From Deltaproteobacteria bacterium (lineage in GTDB: Bacteria > Desulfobacterota > Syntrophia > Syntrophales > Smithellaceae), in the NCBI GenBank assembly GCA_022710585.1, contig JAKLGV010000003.1, positions 67,308-131,307 of the forward strand: 64,000 nt of DNA, read 5' to 3'. Position 1 is the stretch's first letter; each line of letters begins with the position of its first letter. Of this stretch, positions 1 to 9,161 are shown piece after piece. Below the pieces are notes generated by a model, which made no database searches, had not been told where the DNA came from, and worked only from the letters and a program-made list of their open reading frames with translations. The position numbers were made by a program, and so were the translations under genes.

Positions 1-2
1 CG

Positions 3-1277
3 GAATCATTCAAAAAATTCGTAAAAACAACAATCTCGAATCGAAGCAGAGAAACACTTTTCTTGGTATTAACACACATCAGCAACTGTATTGATGAGGA
101 CATTCGAAAACTTCATGAAGATTCTTTTCGAATATATGGAAATCTTATACCAGCTAATCGAATTCTTACTGTTGATAGTTTATTGCAGTTAATTGTGCAT
201 GACTTTGAAAACGGGATGAATTTAGAAGAAATTAGGAAAAATGCCAAAAAAAGGAAAGTATTAGCATCTTATCGTGAAAAAGCAGAAGATGAGGGCAGAG
301 ATTTGTACGATCTAATTAAAGAGTCTGCACAATTTGACAAAATGTTTTCAGCTATAGAACACTTCTCAATGCAAGCTCCAAATTTACAGTTAAGAGAGAT
401 TCTTCAATCACTAAGGGAAGGTTATTCTCAACAGGAAAGTGAATATAGCTCAAAAATAACCCGTTTAGAATCAAAAAAACGCGCCCCTCAGGAATTTGAG
501 AATGAGATTTATCGGATTAAGAGTGCATTGGAAAATTACAAATCATTACTAAACAACACTATAGAAGATATAAATCAAAAACATACAGGCAAACACGCTA
601 ATTGGCAAAACAGAATAAAAGAGCTGAAAGTTATGTACCCAGAGTTGATTACTAAATGCACAGATATTGAATCTGTCAGGAAGAACCTGACGGATGGCAT
701 TAATGATATAAACAATATAATTAACAAGTTCTCGCAAGAAATAACTACTGAGTTGAAAGGTAGACTACAAAAAATAGGCGAAGAGTTTAAGCAGGATAAT
801 AATATTACTCTTCCCTCAATTGATCTCCAATCAATTGAGGATGAAACCAAAAAGCAGGCTTTTAGAATTGAAGGAGTGTATGAAAAAAGGGTTGAAAGTA
901 TATTGGATAACTTGAATTGGCTAAAATTCAAATGGACAAAAAATAGTCGGACATATACCGTCAAAACAGGTGAAAAGCAGGTTTATAATAAAGAAGAACA
1001 CTTGAAGTCATTTAAGACTACTTGTATGGAAAAATTTTATGAACTGATCAATGGACTTCCCCAGCAATCTAAAAACCTTCTTGAAACATATTTAAAATTA
1101 TTCTCAGATTCAGTTAACAAAGTGATTAAAGATCGTCAGGACGCATTGAGTAATGAACTAAAGAAAAAAGAAAGCAATGAAGAAATTATCAACCAGATAA
1201 GTGAGCTTAGGAAAAAAAAAGGTCTTTTACCAGCAGAACTTCATAGAATAGAGGCAATATTGCAGGATATACAATGA
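3..1277 (+). CDS. coiled-coil protein, 5'-truncated by the window edge; first visible gene of a 5-gene operon
   Basis: The frame of ORF 63..1277 stays open back to nt 3 with no stop, so the TTG at 63 is probably internal. The sequence is long and K/E/L/N-rich with a helical, heptad-like character. Its stop overlaps the next start (ATGA, 1274-1277). It could be the stalk of a larger protein, possibly dynamin-like, but this is unverified. Confidence 0.6.
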   Translation, partial: ESFKKFVKTTISNRSRETLFLVLTHISNCIDEDIRKLHEDSFRIYGNLIPANRILTVDSLLQLIVHDFENGMNLEEIRKNAKKRKVLASYREKAEDEGRDLYDLIKESAQFDKMFSAIEHFSMQAPNLQLREILQSLREGYSQQESEYSSKITRLESKKRAPQEFENEIYRIKSALENYKSLLNNTIEDINQKHTGKHANWQNRIKELKVMYPELITKCTDIESVRKNLTDGINDINNIINKFSQEITTELKGRLQKIGEEFKQDNNITLPSIDLQSIEDETKKQAFRIEGVYEKRVESILDNLNWLKFKWTKNSRTYTVKTGEKQVYNKEEHLKSFKTTCMEKFYELINGLPQQSKNLLETYLKLFSDSVNKVIKDRQDALSNELKKKESNEEIINQISELRKKKGLLPAELHRIEAILQDIQ

Positions 1278-1933
1278 AAACTAAAGTTGAACATTTTTCC
1301 GATGACATAAATGATGAGTTTCTTAAGATAAAACAAAATCTAAGAATTCATTTAGAAGATACGAATAATGTTAAAATAAAGAAAATGTTTTTGTCACGGC
1401 ATGTTCCCAGGGAAATCATACTTTCTTCAGAATTACTTCTTGACACAGTAATTAATGCTTTAATGGATGAAGCAAGATCACAACTCAAAGGGGTCAGTGC
1501 CGAATTACTGAATAAATTTTATGAACACAATTTTCGGGAACGAGTAAAAGAATGGGCTGTACAAATTGAAAACAAGCTTTACTTGAAACCCGAATATGTA
1601 ATGTATTCCAGTGACCCACAAATGGTACAAGGACTAATTGCTGCTGGTATTACTTTTATTGCAGGTGCAGCTATAACAGGTATTGTATTCATCCCTACGA
1701 TGGTAATTGGTGCTATTGTTAGCGGGATAGTAACACTGTTTTTATCTGCCGCCGCATTCAAGTTTGCCTATGATAAAGCAGAACCAAAGGCCATATCTAA
1801 GATGATCGACGATATTGATAACTATTTAGAAAGCTCGAAATTGCAAGTAAGTGACTGGCTCAGTAAGGTGATACTGTCCTATGAAAATGAGTTTAACTCC
1901 TTCTGTAGTAACAATGGATGGGAGGTACAGTAA
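1274..1933 (+). CDS. membrane protein with a C-proximal two-helix hydrophobic hairpin
   Basis: The hydrophobic stretch LIAAGITFIAGAAITGIVFIPTMVIGAIVSGIVTLFLSAAAF lies at about nt 1625-1760. The gene is coupled by start/stop overlaps on both sides. No family recognised. Confidence 0.6.
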   Translation: MKTKVEHFSDDINDEFLKIKQNLRIHLEDTNNVKIKKMFLSRHVPREIILSSELLLDTVINALMDEARSQLKGVSAELLNKFYEHNFRERVKEWAVQIENKLYLKPEYVMYSSDPQMVQGLIAAGITFIAGAAITGIVFIPTMVIGAIVSGIVTLFLSAAAFKFAYDKAEPKAISKMIDDIDNYLESSKLQVSDWLSKVILSYENEFNSFCSNNGWEVQ

Positions 1934-4900
1934 TGGAAAATGAAAAACAAATTGCGCGCATTCAAGAATTAAATGATATCTCAAATCGATTACTTCCATG
2001 GTGGTCTGGCTTCGACAGTGATATTTTAGAAAAACAAACAGAAGGCAACACAGAAAGCTATTTGAATGGGTTCTATCTTTATCCTATTCATGAGTTCTGT
2101 GCAAATTCTGAATGCGATGACATCCCTCAATTTATCAATCAACGGTTTCAGGCATTGTATTCAGCGGCAAGCAGTTCAAATATTTCTGTAGTGCTTGCGA
2201 TTCAATGCAAGAATGGAAAAACAAGACTTTTTTTGGGACTAAAATCGAATGAAGAAGGAGGCAATAACAAAGACCACTTTGCCGCTCTTCTTAATGGCAT
2301 TGTTCGCGGAGAAAAAATTAGCTTTGAAGAAACTGCTAAAATATCATCTATGTGTAAAGGCTATCGCTTCGGCGGAATTATAAGCGGTGTACCAGCAATA
2401 ATAATTGATAATGAGGCACAGAGGATTAATTTATCATCTGTTATTCGGTCACTCTATGGGAAGGATTATACACTATCGATAATTTCCACACCATTATCTG
2501 ATCAGCAAAAACAAATCGCTTTTTCTGAACTTATTTCTATAAGAGACCAGCTTCATCAAATGGCTAAACAGACGATTGGACATGAAAAGGGAACTGGAAC
2601 TTCGTATAGTGAAAATACACAACATACTTCTGGGACTTCGAAAACAAGCGGAAATAGTTTAGGTGGTGCAATTGGTTTTGGTATTCCTACCCCATTTGGT
2701 TTCGTAGGTGGAGGTGCTAACTATTCACATAATTGGTCGGACACAACAACAGAGAGTGATACAAAAGGTTCTACCAATACAACCAGTCAAAATGAATCCC
2801 AGTCATTGTCCATCGAAAAGCAGAATGGAATAGCTCTTGAATTAGAAAAAATTGCAGACCAATACATACAACGATATATTAAAGGTTTTAATGCAGGGCT
2901 TTGGGAAACAACTATAACATTTGCTGCAAAGGATGAGATTTCATGCAATATTCTCGGCGGAACATTACTGGGTGAATTATCTAAACCATCAGAGAATTTA
3001 CTTCCGCCACCACGCTATTATCTTGATCAACTAAAACCAAACCAGCATTTGTTTATTCCCAAAAACAACTCTTCTAATCCTATTTTCCCTAAAGCCTTGG
3101 CTTCGTACGTAACAAGTGAAGAATTGTCAATACTCGCTTCGACACCGACAGAATCAGTTCCTGGTTTTGAAATCAAAAAAATGCCAACTCTTGCGCTAAC
3201 CGACACCAGCGAAGGTGAGTATATATTAGGAAACATTTCTGACCATGGAAATATTATTCCTGATGCTCATATTTCGCTTTCCAAAAAAGACATCAACAAA
3301 CATCTTTTTGTGTGCGGATTAACCGGGAGTGGAAAAACCACAACCGTAAAACATTTATTGAAGAGTATAGCAAAAGACAAAATACCATTTTTGATTTTAG
3401 AATCTGCTAAAAGAGATTATCGTCAATTGCTAGCTGATGAATCCTTTGAAGATATGAAAGTATTTACTATAGGTGATGCGACTGTAAGCCCAATACGATT
3501 TAACCCATTTTATGTTCAAAATGGCGTTCACCCTCTCGTGCACATTGATTATCTAAAAGCTATATTTAATGCCAGTTTTTCTTTATATGGGCCGATGCCG
3601 CACATCATTGAAAAATGTCTTCACCGAATCTATACAAAAAAGGGTTGGAACCTCACAACAGGTGTTCATCCGCACTTTTTGAAGAACAATCGTGAAAAAG
3701 ATGAAGACAAGTATAAAAAATCAGAGCACTACTATTTTTACCCCACCTTGACTGATTTAAAGAAAGAAGTTGAATACTATATCAACCATGAAATGGATTA
3801 TAAAGGTGAGTTGCGGGATAACATAAAAACCGCCATTCTTGCACGAATTGAGAGCCTTTGCGTAGGAGCAAAAGGCTTAATGTTTAATACCTATGATTTT
3901 TATCCTATCGAGACGCTGTTAACACAACAAACAGTCTTTGAAATGGAAAATCTTGCCGATGACGATGATAAGGCCTTTTTTGTAGGTCTTATATTGGTAT
4001 TGGCAAGTGAATTCAGGCAAAAAGATAATCCGGCAATTAACCCGGGCAAAAAAGATGCAGGGCTTCAGCATTTCTTGGTTATTGAAGAAGCACATCGCCT
4101 GCTTAAGAATGTTAATACGGAAAGAAACAATGAGATGATGGGAAATCCGAAAGGCAAAGCGGTGGAAGTATTTTGCAATGTAATTGCCGAAATGCGATCA
4201 CTTGGGCAAGGCGTTGCCGTCGTTGAACAAATTCCAAGCAAAATATCACCTGATGTTATTAAAAACTCGAATATGAAAATTGTGCATCGCCTTGTTTCAA
4301 GAGATGATCAATCTTTACTTGCAGGCTCATTAGGAATTGGTGATGAAGACGCTTTATATCTAAACAGACTTAAAACTGGTCATGCCTTATGCCATAAAGA
4401 GGGCATGGATAAACCAGTTGAATGTGCAATCAATAGTGATTTCAAAGCAGAAGCCAAAAGTGACGATAGAATCCACAAGCTGATGCAACAACAGGGGTAC
4501 ACAGAGTTACATCCCTTCGAAGTATATGAAATTGGAGATATATTGTCTACCAAGGGTAAAGAAGTTTGTGTCCAATTCTTAAATACATTTTGTGTGTCAG
4601 AGGCCGTACCAATTTCTAACCTAGTACACAGTGCAACCAAAACGCTGACACATCTGCTAAGACTCGCAAATTATAACTATGAACTATCACCAAATATTTT
4701 ATCTTCTTATATTTGTAAAGAAGTAACCAGATTACTCACAAGTGGAATTTATTGCGTTAAACCAAAACTTGCAGACGGGTTCGTAAAATCTCTTTCAGAT
4801 TCCATATGCGAATCCCAAGAGTCCAGTTGTGCCCAGGTTAGAAAGGAACTAAAAGAAATTTGGTCTGTAGGTCAGATTGAGGATTTTATTGTAAATGCTG

Positions 4901-5055
4901 TGGTAGAACTTTTGAAGAAATATGTAAATGATACCAGCTCAAAAATATCATATAATGATATCGCATCCTATTTCTTAAATCATTCATGTGCTAATACTAA
5001 GAAAACAATTAATCGAATTAAACAGAATTTACCTTCGGAGCTTTTTAATGATTGA
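1933..5055 (+). CDS. large HerA/FtsK-superfamily (COG0433/DUF87-like) ATPase with an unrecognised ~430-aa N-terminal region
   Basis: Walker A GLTGSGKTT lies at 3316-3342 and Walker B LVIEEAH at 4075-4095. The downstream block GQGVAVVEQIPSKISPDVIKNSNMKIVHRL is typical of HerA-like ATPases. I prefer the ATG at 1933 because it forms a TAATG overlap with the upstream stop and has GGGAGG 8 nt upstream. The ORF track starts at 1918. Confidence 0.75.
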   Translation: MENEKQIARIQELNDISNRLLPWWSGFDSDILEKQTEGNTESYLNGFYLYPIHEFCANSECDDIPQFINQRFQALYSAASSSNISVVLAIQCKNGKTRLFLGLKSNEEGGNNKDHFAALLNGIVRGEKISFEETAKISSMCKGYRFGGIISGVPAIIIDNEAQRINLSSVIRSLYGKDYTLSIISTPLSDQQKQIAFSELISIRDQLHQMAKQTIGHEKGTGTSYSENTQHTSGTSKTSGNSLGGAIGFGIPTPFGFVGGGANYSHNWSDTTTESDTKGSTNTTSQNESQSLSIEKQNGIALELEKIADQYIQRYIKGFNAGLWETTITFAAKDEISCNILGGTLLGELSKPSENLLPPPRYYLDQLKPNQHLFIPKNNSSNPIFPKALASYVTSEELSILASTPTESVPGFEIKKMPTLALTDTSEGEYILGNISDHGNIIPDAHISLSKKDINKHLFVCGLTGSGKTTTVKHLLKSIAKDKIPFLILESAKRDYRQLLADESFEDMKVFTIGDATVSPIRFNPFYVQNGVHPLVHIDYLKAIFNASFSLYGPMPHIIEKCLHRIYTKKGWNLTTGVHPHFLKNNREKDEDKYKKSEHYYFYPTLTDLKKEVEYYINHEMDYKGELRDNIKTAILARIESLCVGAKGLMFNTYDFYPIETLLTQQTVFEMENLADDDDKAFFVGLILVLASEFRQKDNPAINPGKKDAGLQHFLVIEEAHRLLKNVNTERNNEMMGNPKGKAVEVFCNVIAEMRSLGQGVAVVEQIPSKISPDVIKNSNMKIVHRLVSRDDQSLLAGSLGIGDEDALYLNRLKTGHALCHKEGMDKPVECAINSDFKAEAKSDDRIHKLMQQQGYTELHPFEVYEIGDILSTKGKEVCVQFLNTFCVSEAVPISNLVHSATKTLTHLLRLANYNYELSPNILSSYICKEVTRLLTSGIYCVKPKLADGFVKSLSDSICESQESSCAQVRKELKEIWSVGQIEDFIVNAVVELLKKYVNDTSSKISYNDIASYFLNHSCANTKKTINRIKQNLPSELFND

Positions 5056-5698
5056 ATCTCTTGCAAAAGAAATCACTAAATTCCAGGAAAAACTAAAAGA
5101 TTCACAAAATGAAACAGCAGTTAAAGAATCTCCAGTATTCGAGGTTCCTAGTAGTCCACTTGAATACTCTTTAGGCACCATTGAGAATCAGTCATTGGAG
5201 TCATTAAGACTACAAAACCAACTCCAATCTGAAAGCAAAGTTTCTTCTGAAAAAGAAAGTAAACTGACAGAAGAAGAAAAACGAAAAATTAAGGATCAAA
5301 CAGGCTGGTCTTCTGAAATAATTGAAGTAATTAAATCCGTGCCAGAATATGAAATCTATAAAAAGGTTGGCCTCCATGACGTAGAGATAAATGGAAGGAA
5401 ATGTCTTGTAAGGAGTGATACTGATTGGGAACAAAAAGACTCTATGGGACGTACTAACAAGGAAAGAGCTGAGTCAGGTCTCTCCCCAATTAATACAGAT
5501 GGTGAAACAATTGAGTTGCACCATATCGGACAGAAAAATGATGGTCCACTTGCCGAATTAACCCCTGATGAACATAGAAGTAAAGAGAATTATTCGTTAC
5601 TGCACAACACAAGAAAAGAATCAGAAATATATCGTAATGAGTTCAATAGCGAACGCAGCGAGCATTGGAAATCTAGGGCTAATGAAGGAGGAATGTAA
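5048..5698 (+). CDS. HNH/EndoVII-fold nuclease toxin, LHH (or GH-E)-type C-terminal domain
   Basis: The C-terminus reads GRTNKERAESGLSPINTDGETIELHHIGQKNDGPLAELTPDEH, with LHH at 5516-5524. This matches the polymorphic-toxin nuclease signature, including the preceding W..EI..IKS..EYEIYKK pre-toxin motif. The ATG at 5048 overlaps the upstream stop by 8 nt, and GGAG lies 8 nt upstream. Confidence 0.7.
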   Translation: MIESLAKEITKFQEKLKDSQNETAVKESPVFEVPSSPLEYSLGTIENQSLESLRLQNQLQSESKVSSEKESKLTEEEKRKIKDQTGWSSEIIEVIKSVPEYEIYKKVGLHDVEINGRKCLVRSDTDWEQKDSMGRTNKERAESGLSPINTDGETIELHHIGQKNDGPLAELTPDEHRSKENYSLLHNTRKESEIYRNEFNSERSEHWKSRANEGGM

Positions 5699-6090
5699 TG
5701 AGCAATATTTTTTTTGAAGTTGAAAATAAGTATAAATTATACAGTACTAAAGGTGCCAGTGAACAACAAATCAATGCTGCAGAATTAAAACTGAAAAGAA
5801 AGTTTTCTTTAGAATATAAAGAATATTTAGCAAAATATGGAGCGGTGTCATTTGGAAATGTTGAATTAACAGGATTGAATGTAGAAAAATATGCAAATGT
5901 AGTAGATGTTACTAATAAAGAAATTCAACGAAATTCAGCATTCCCTGATGGTTGTATAGTTTTACAAAATACTGGTGTTGAAGGTGTTTTAGTTCTAATG
6001 GAAGAAAATGGCACTGTTTACTATTGGCAAAATGGAAAGAAAGGCAGTGAATACAGAACACTTCACGATTTTATTTTAAGCTTAGTATAG
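5698..6090 (+). CDS. SMI1/KNR4 (SUKH-superfamily) immunity protein
   Basis: It is 130 aa. The N-terminal part (...QQINAAELKLKRKFSLEYKEYLAKYGAV...) shows the classic SUKH-1 pattern. The start overlaps the toxin stop (TAATG), and GGAGG lies upstream. Confidence 0.7.
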   Translation: MSNIFFEVENKYKLYSTKGASEQQINAAELKLKRKFSLEYKEYLAKYGAVSFGNVELTGLNVEKYANVVDVTNKEIQRNSAFPDGCIVLQNTGVEGVLVLMEENGTVYYWQNGKKGSEYRTLHDFILSLV

Positions 6091-6517
6091 AATTATAATC
6101 ATCAAATATAACGATTTTCGAAAACCGTGGATAAGTATTATACGTAACAAAAAGTAGCTGCATTTTACTGTCTAAATTCCTTCTGATATTCCCCCATTTC
6201 CTATAGAAATAATTTACCCATAACGGCCAGAGTACCCCGTAAATCAGGGACTCCGGCCGCTCTCACTGTCTTCAATTCAACACGACCCGCCACATCCCCC
6301 GCCAAACAAATTGCTTTCGCTAACAACGGAAGCAATTTCTTTTGCCCAATAATCAGAAATTATCAAGACCGCCGGTGGCCATGAAAATATGACCAAAACT
6401 ATCAGGAGTCCTGCTCCATCAGCATTTTCAGAATCTCCCGCAGGAGCATCTGAAATCTAATCCATTCATAAGTCGCTGTCACAGCAACAAAAAATAAATT
6501 CAAGGAGGTACTGTTTT

Positions 6518-8020
6518 ATGATCCACGATTACTTGCAAGCGGGCTTTCCCGCCCTCTGTGTGCTGACACAGGAACCGCACCGGGCCGAAGAAGCCCTCCC
6601 CTGCGAAGGATGGAACTTCTTTCTCTGGGACTGTTTAAGAGGCATCAGGGAAGCGCTTACTTTCAAATCCATCGACGAGATCCGAGATCCCGTTGAAGCG
6701 TTGAACTGGCTCAACAGCCGTCAGGACACCGTTCTGATCGCGCACAACCTGCATCTGTTCCTGGACAATCCGGAAGTGATTCAGGGTCTCCAGAACGGAA
6801 TTGCCAGATGGAAAGCGACCGGATGTTCACTTGTCATGGTCTCTCCCATCATTCAGCTGAAACCGGAAGTGGAGAAGTTCTTCCATCTGGTGGACCTGCC
6901 CCTTCCCGATGACGAAGAACTCTTTACCCTTCAGAACGAACTGGGCAAGCCGCATAACATCAAGCCCAACCGCAAAGCCGCCCGTGCCGCCAAAGGACTG
7001 ACAGAATTCGAATCCGAAACAGCTTTCGCCTTATCACTTATCAGGAAAGGCTACTTCAGTACCAGAGTCATATCGGAAGCCAAGTCACAGATGATCCGCA
7101 AGAGTGGACTGATGGAGTTCTGGGAGCCGGCAGATATCGCCGACGTAGGAGGACTGAACAACTTCAAGGCATTTATTGAAAATCGTTCACAGGCATTCAA
7201 CCCCGACAACAACACAAACCTACCCCAAATAAAAGGAATCCTACTCGTCGGTATCCCCGGCACCGGAAAATCATTAGCCTCGAAAGCGACTGCATCAATA
7301 CTGGGCTGGCCACTGATACGTCTGGATATAGGCTCACTTAAAAATTCATTAGTGGGCGAGAGTGAAAGACGCATGCGGGAAGCAACCCGACTGATCGACG
7401 CTTTTGGCAAGGCAGTAGTCTGGATTGATGAAGTTGAGAAAGCGTTTGCGGGAACAAGATCGAGCGGCGAAACAGACGCAGGAACAAGCGCCGCCATGTT
7501 CGGCCATTTCCTGACATGGATGCAGGAAACCAAATCCTCCGTCCTAGTCATGGCTACAGCAAATAACATCTCCCAGCTTCCTCCGGAGTTTATACGTGCA
7601 GGTCGGTTTGATGCGACATTCTTCGTCGACCTTCCTACTAAAACAGAAAGAACCGAGATCATCAATATCATGAACAGGAAGTGGAATGCCAACATTCCAA
7701 TAAGCTGTGCCGGCAGGCTCAACGGCTATACCGGAGCGGAGATCGAGCAACTGGCGAAAGACTCCCTTTTCGATGGTCTCGAACAGGCATTCAATGCCTT
7801 GGTACCATTATCCAGAACCATGAGGGAAGATATTGATTCTCTCAGGCAATGGGCAAAAACAAGAGCAAGACCTGCCAATACACCGGATACAGAACCTGAT
7901 GAACAACGAAAGATAAGAGCAGTTCATAAGAAGGACACTGTCTCTGAATCATGTTCTGAAGATTATCCGGCCACATTTAATCTAACGGATAATGACTCTG
8001 CATCGGAGCAAACCGAATAA
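6518..8020 (+). CDS. AAA+ ATPase, Ycf46-like
   Basis: Motifs seen: Walker A GIPGTGKSL, Walker B VVWIDEVEKAF, ATANNISQLPPEFIRAGRFD and FFVDLP. At 500 aa with an N-terminal extension, it matches the Ycf46-type architecture. It has a strong SD (AAGGAGG). Confidence 0.85.
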   Translation: MIHDYLQAGFPALCVLTQEPHRAEEALPCEGWNFFLWDCLRGIREALTFKSIDEIRDPVEALNWLNSRQDTVLIAHNLHLFLDNPEVIQGLQNGIARWKATGCSLVMVSPIIQLKPEVEKFFHLVDLPLPDDEELFTLQNELGKPHNIKPNRKAARAAKGLTEFESETAFALSLIRKGYFSTRVISEAKSQMIRKSGLMEFWEPADIADVGGLNNFKAFIENRSQAFNPDNNTNLPQIKGILLVGIPGTGKSLASKATASILGWPLIRLDIGSLKNSLVGESERRMREATRLIDAFGKAVVWIDEVEKAFAGTRSSGETDAGTSAAMFGHFLTWMQETKSSVLVMATANNISQLPPEFIRAGRFDATFFVDLPTKTERTEIINIMNRKWNANIPISCAGRLNGYTGAEIEQLAKDSLFDGLEQAFNALVPLSRTMREDIDSLRQWAKTRARPANTPDTEPDEQRKIRAVHKKDTVSESCSEDYPATFNLTDNDSASEQTE

Positions 8021-8037
8021 AAGAGAAAGGAGAAATC

Positions 8038-8475
8038 ATGCCCATCTTTAGAGAAGGAAACCTTTTCCATGAGGATGGTATCAAGTTCGTTACCACCAAT
8101 TCTTACCTGACGAAAGATTTAAGATTAGTCATGGGAAGAGGAGCGGCCATGGAACTGAAAACCATCTTTACCGGCATAGACAGGATATTCGGCAATATGA
8201 TTCATGCAACCTGCGGGCATCTCGGAGTTTATGGAATAATAAAACATGATCTCTACGGTGCCTTTCAGGTCAAGTATCACTTCATGGATAAAGCCGATCC
8301 AGAACTTATTCGATACAGCGCGATCATGCTGAAGGCCGAAGCCGGAAAGACAGACCGGATTATTCATCTGAACTATCCCGGCATAGGCAACGGCAAGTTG
8401 TCAAAAGAAGAAGTCAGACCATTATTAAATATTCTTCCGGACAACGTTCACATCTGGGAGAGAAAGGAGAAATAA
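8038..8475 (+). CDS. possible macro-domain-like (ADP-ribose binding/hydrolase) protein
   Basis: VTTNS...LVMGRGAAMELK and NYPGIGNGKLSKEEV resemble the two glycine-rich macro-domain loops. The assignment is weak and made by eye only. The SD is AAAGGAG. Confidence 0.4.
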   Translation: MPIFREGNLFHEDGIKFVTTNSYLTKDLRLVMGRGAAMELKTIFTGIDRIFGNMIHATCGHLGVYGIIKHDLYGAFQVKYHFMDKADPELIRYSAIMLKAEAGKTDRIIHLNYPGIGNGKLSKEEVRPLLNILPDNVHIWERKEK

Positions 8476-8477
8476 TT

Positions 8478-8681
8478 ATGGCTTATGCACCGGAATTAAA
8501 CAGACCGGCATCGGCAACATTAAGAAGACTCGCCTGGTCAGTCAACAAACCCATGACCAAGACCATGAATGCGATCATTCTGAAACTGCCGAAACTGATT
8601 GACAAGGAAAACGTCTGCAAAAGCTGCAAAGACCCGTCCGCATGCAATATCTGCGGATTCAACGGCAATGACGCAGCCTAG
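8478..8681 (+). CDS. small Cys-rich hypothetical protein
   Basis: It is 67 aa with CKSCKDPSACNIC near the C-terminus. It has a good SD and sits 2 nt after the preceding gene. Confidence 0.4.
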   Translation: MAYAPELNRPASATLRRLAWSVNKPMTKTMNAIILKLPKLIDKENVCKSCKDPSACNICGFNGNDAA

Positions 8682-8711
8682 GACAGATAAAACAATGAAA
8701 GGAGGAATCCA

Positions 8712-9134
8712 TTGAGTCACATTTCAAAAATAGAGCTGGAGATACAGTCACTGGAAGACCTGAAGCTGGCCTGTAAAAGACTCGGCTTCATCTTTCAGGA
8801 AAACCAGAAGACCTATCAGTGGTACGGAAGATTTGTCGGCGACAGTCCCATACCCGAAGGAATCAATATAGAAGACTTGGGTAAATGTGACCATGCCATC
8901 AAAGTCCCTGAATGCACCTATGAGATAGGTGTCGTTAAGAGAGGATCAAAATACATCCTTCTCTGGGACAGCTGGCATACAGGAGGTCTGGAGAAGAAGA
9001 TCGGCCCTGATGCCGGTCTCCTGAAACAGGCCTACACCATTGAAAGAATCAGACACGAAGCTAAGCGGAAAAAGTACCAGGTTAAAGAGATCCAAAATGA
9101 TCAGTCCATGCGACTGGTCTTACGGGTCTCCTGA
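8712..9134 (+). CDS. DUF1257 (Ycf35-like) protein
   Basis: The N-terminus MSHISKIELEIQSLEDLKLACKRLGF is the characteristic DUF1257 opening. It uses a TTG start preceded by AGGAGG. Confidence 0.6.
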   Translation: MSHISKIELEIQSLEDLKLACKRLGFIFQENQKTYQWYGRFVGDSPIPEGINIEDLGKCDHAIKVPECTYEIGVVKRGSKYILLWDSWHTGGLEKKIGPDAGLLKQAYTIERIRHEAKRKKYQVKEIQNDQSMRLVLRVS

Positions 9135-9161
9135 CCGGCAAGATTTGAAAGGAAAAGACCT

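Noticed and set aside
1918-1932. The upstream ATG at 1918 as the start of the big ATPase
   Set aside because: The ATG at 1933 forms a TAATG stop/start overlap with the preceding gene. It is preceded at ideal distance by GGGAGG, which itself lies inside the 1918-1932 stretch.
6308-6343. A rho-independent terminator for the 1-6090 operon (AAATTGCTT-N13-AAGCAATTT followed by TTTCTTTT)
   Set aside because: The stem is purely A/T-rich and weak, has a 13-nt loop, and lies more than 200 nt past the stop at 6090. The evidence is too weak to annotate. It is mentioned only as a possibility.
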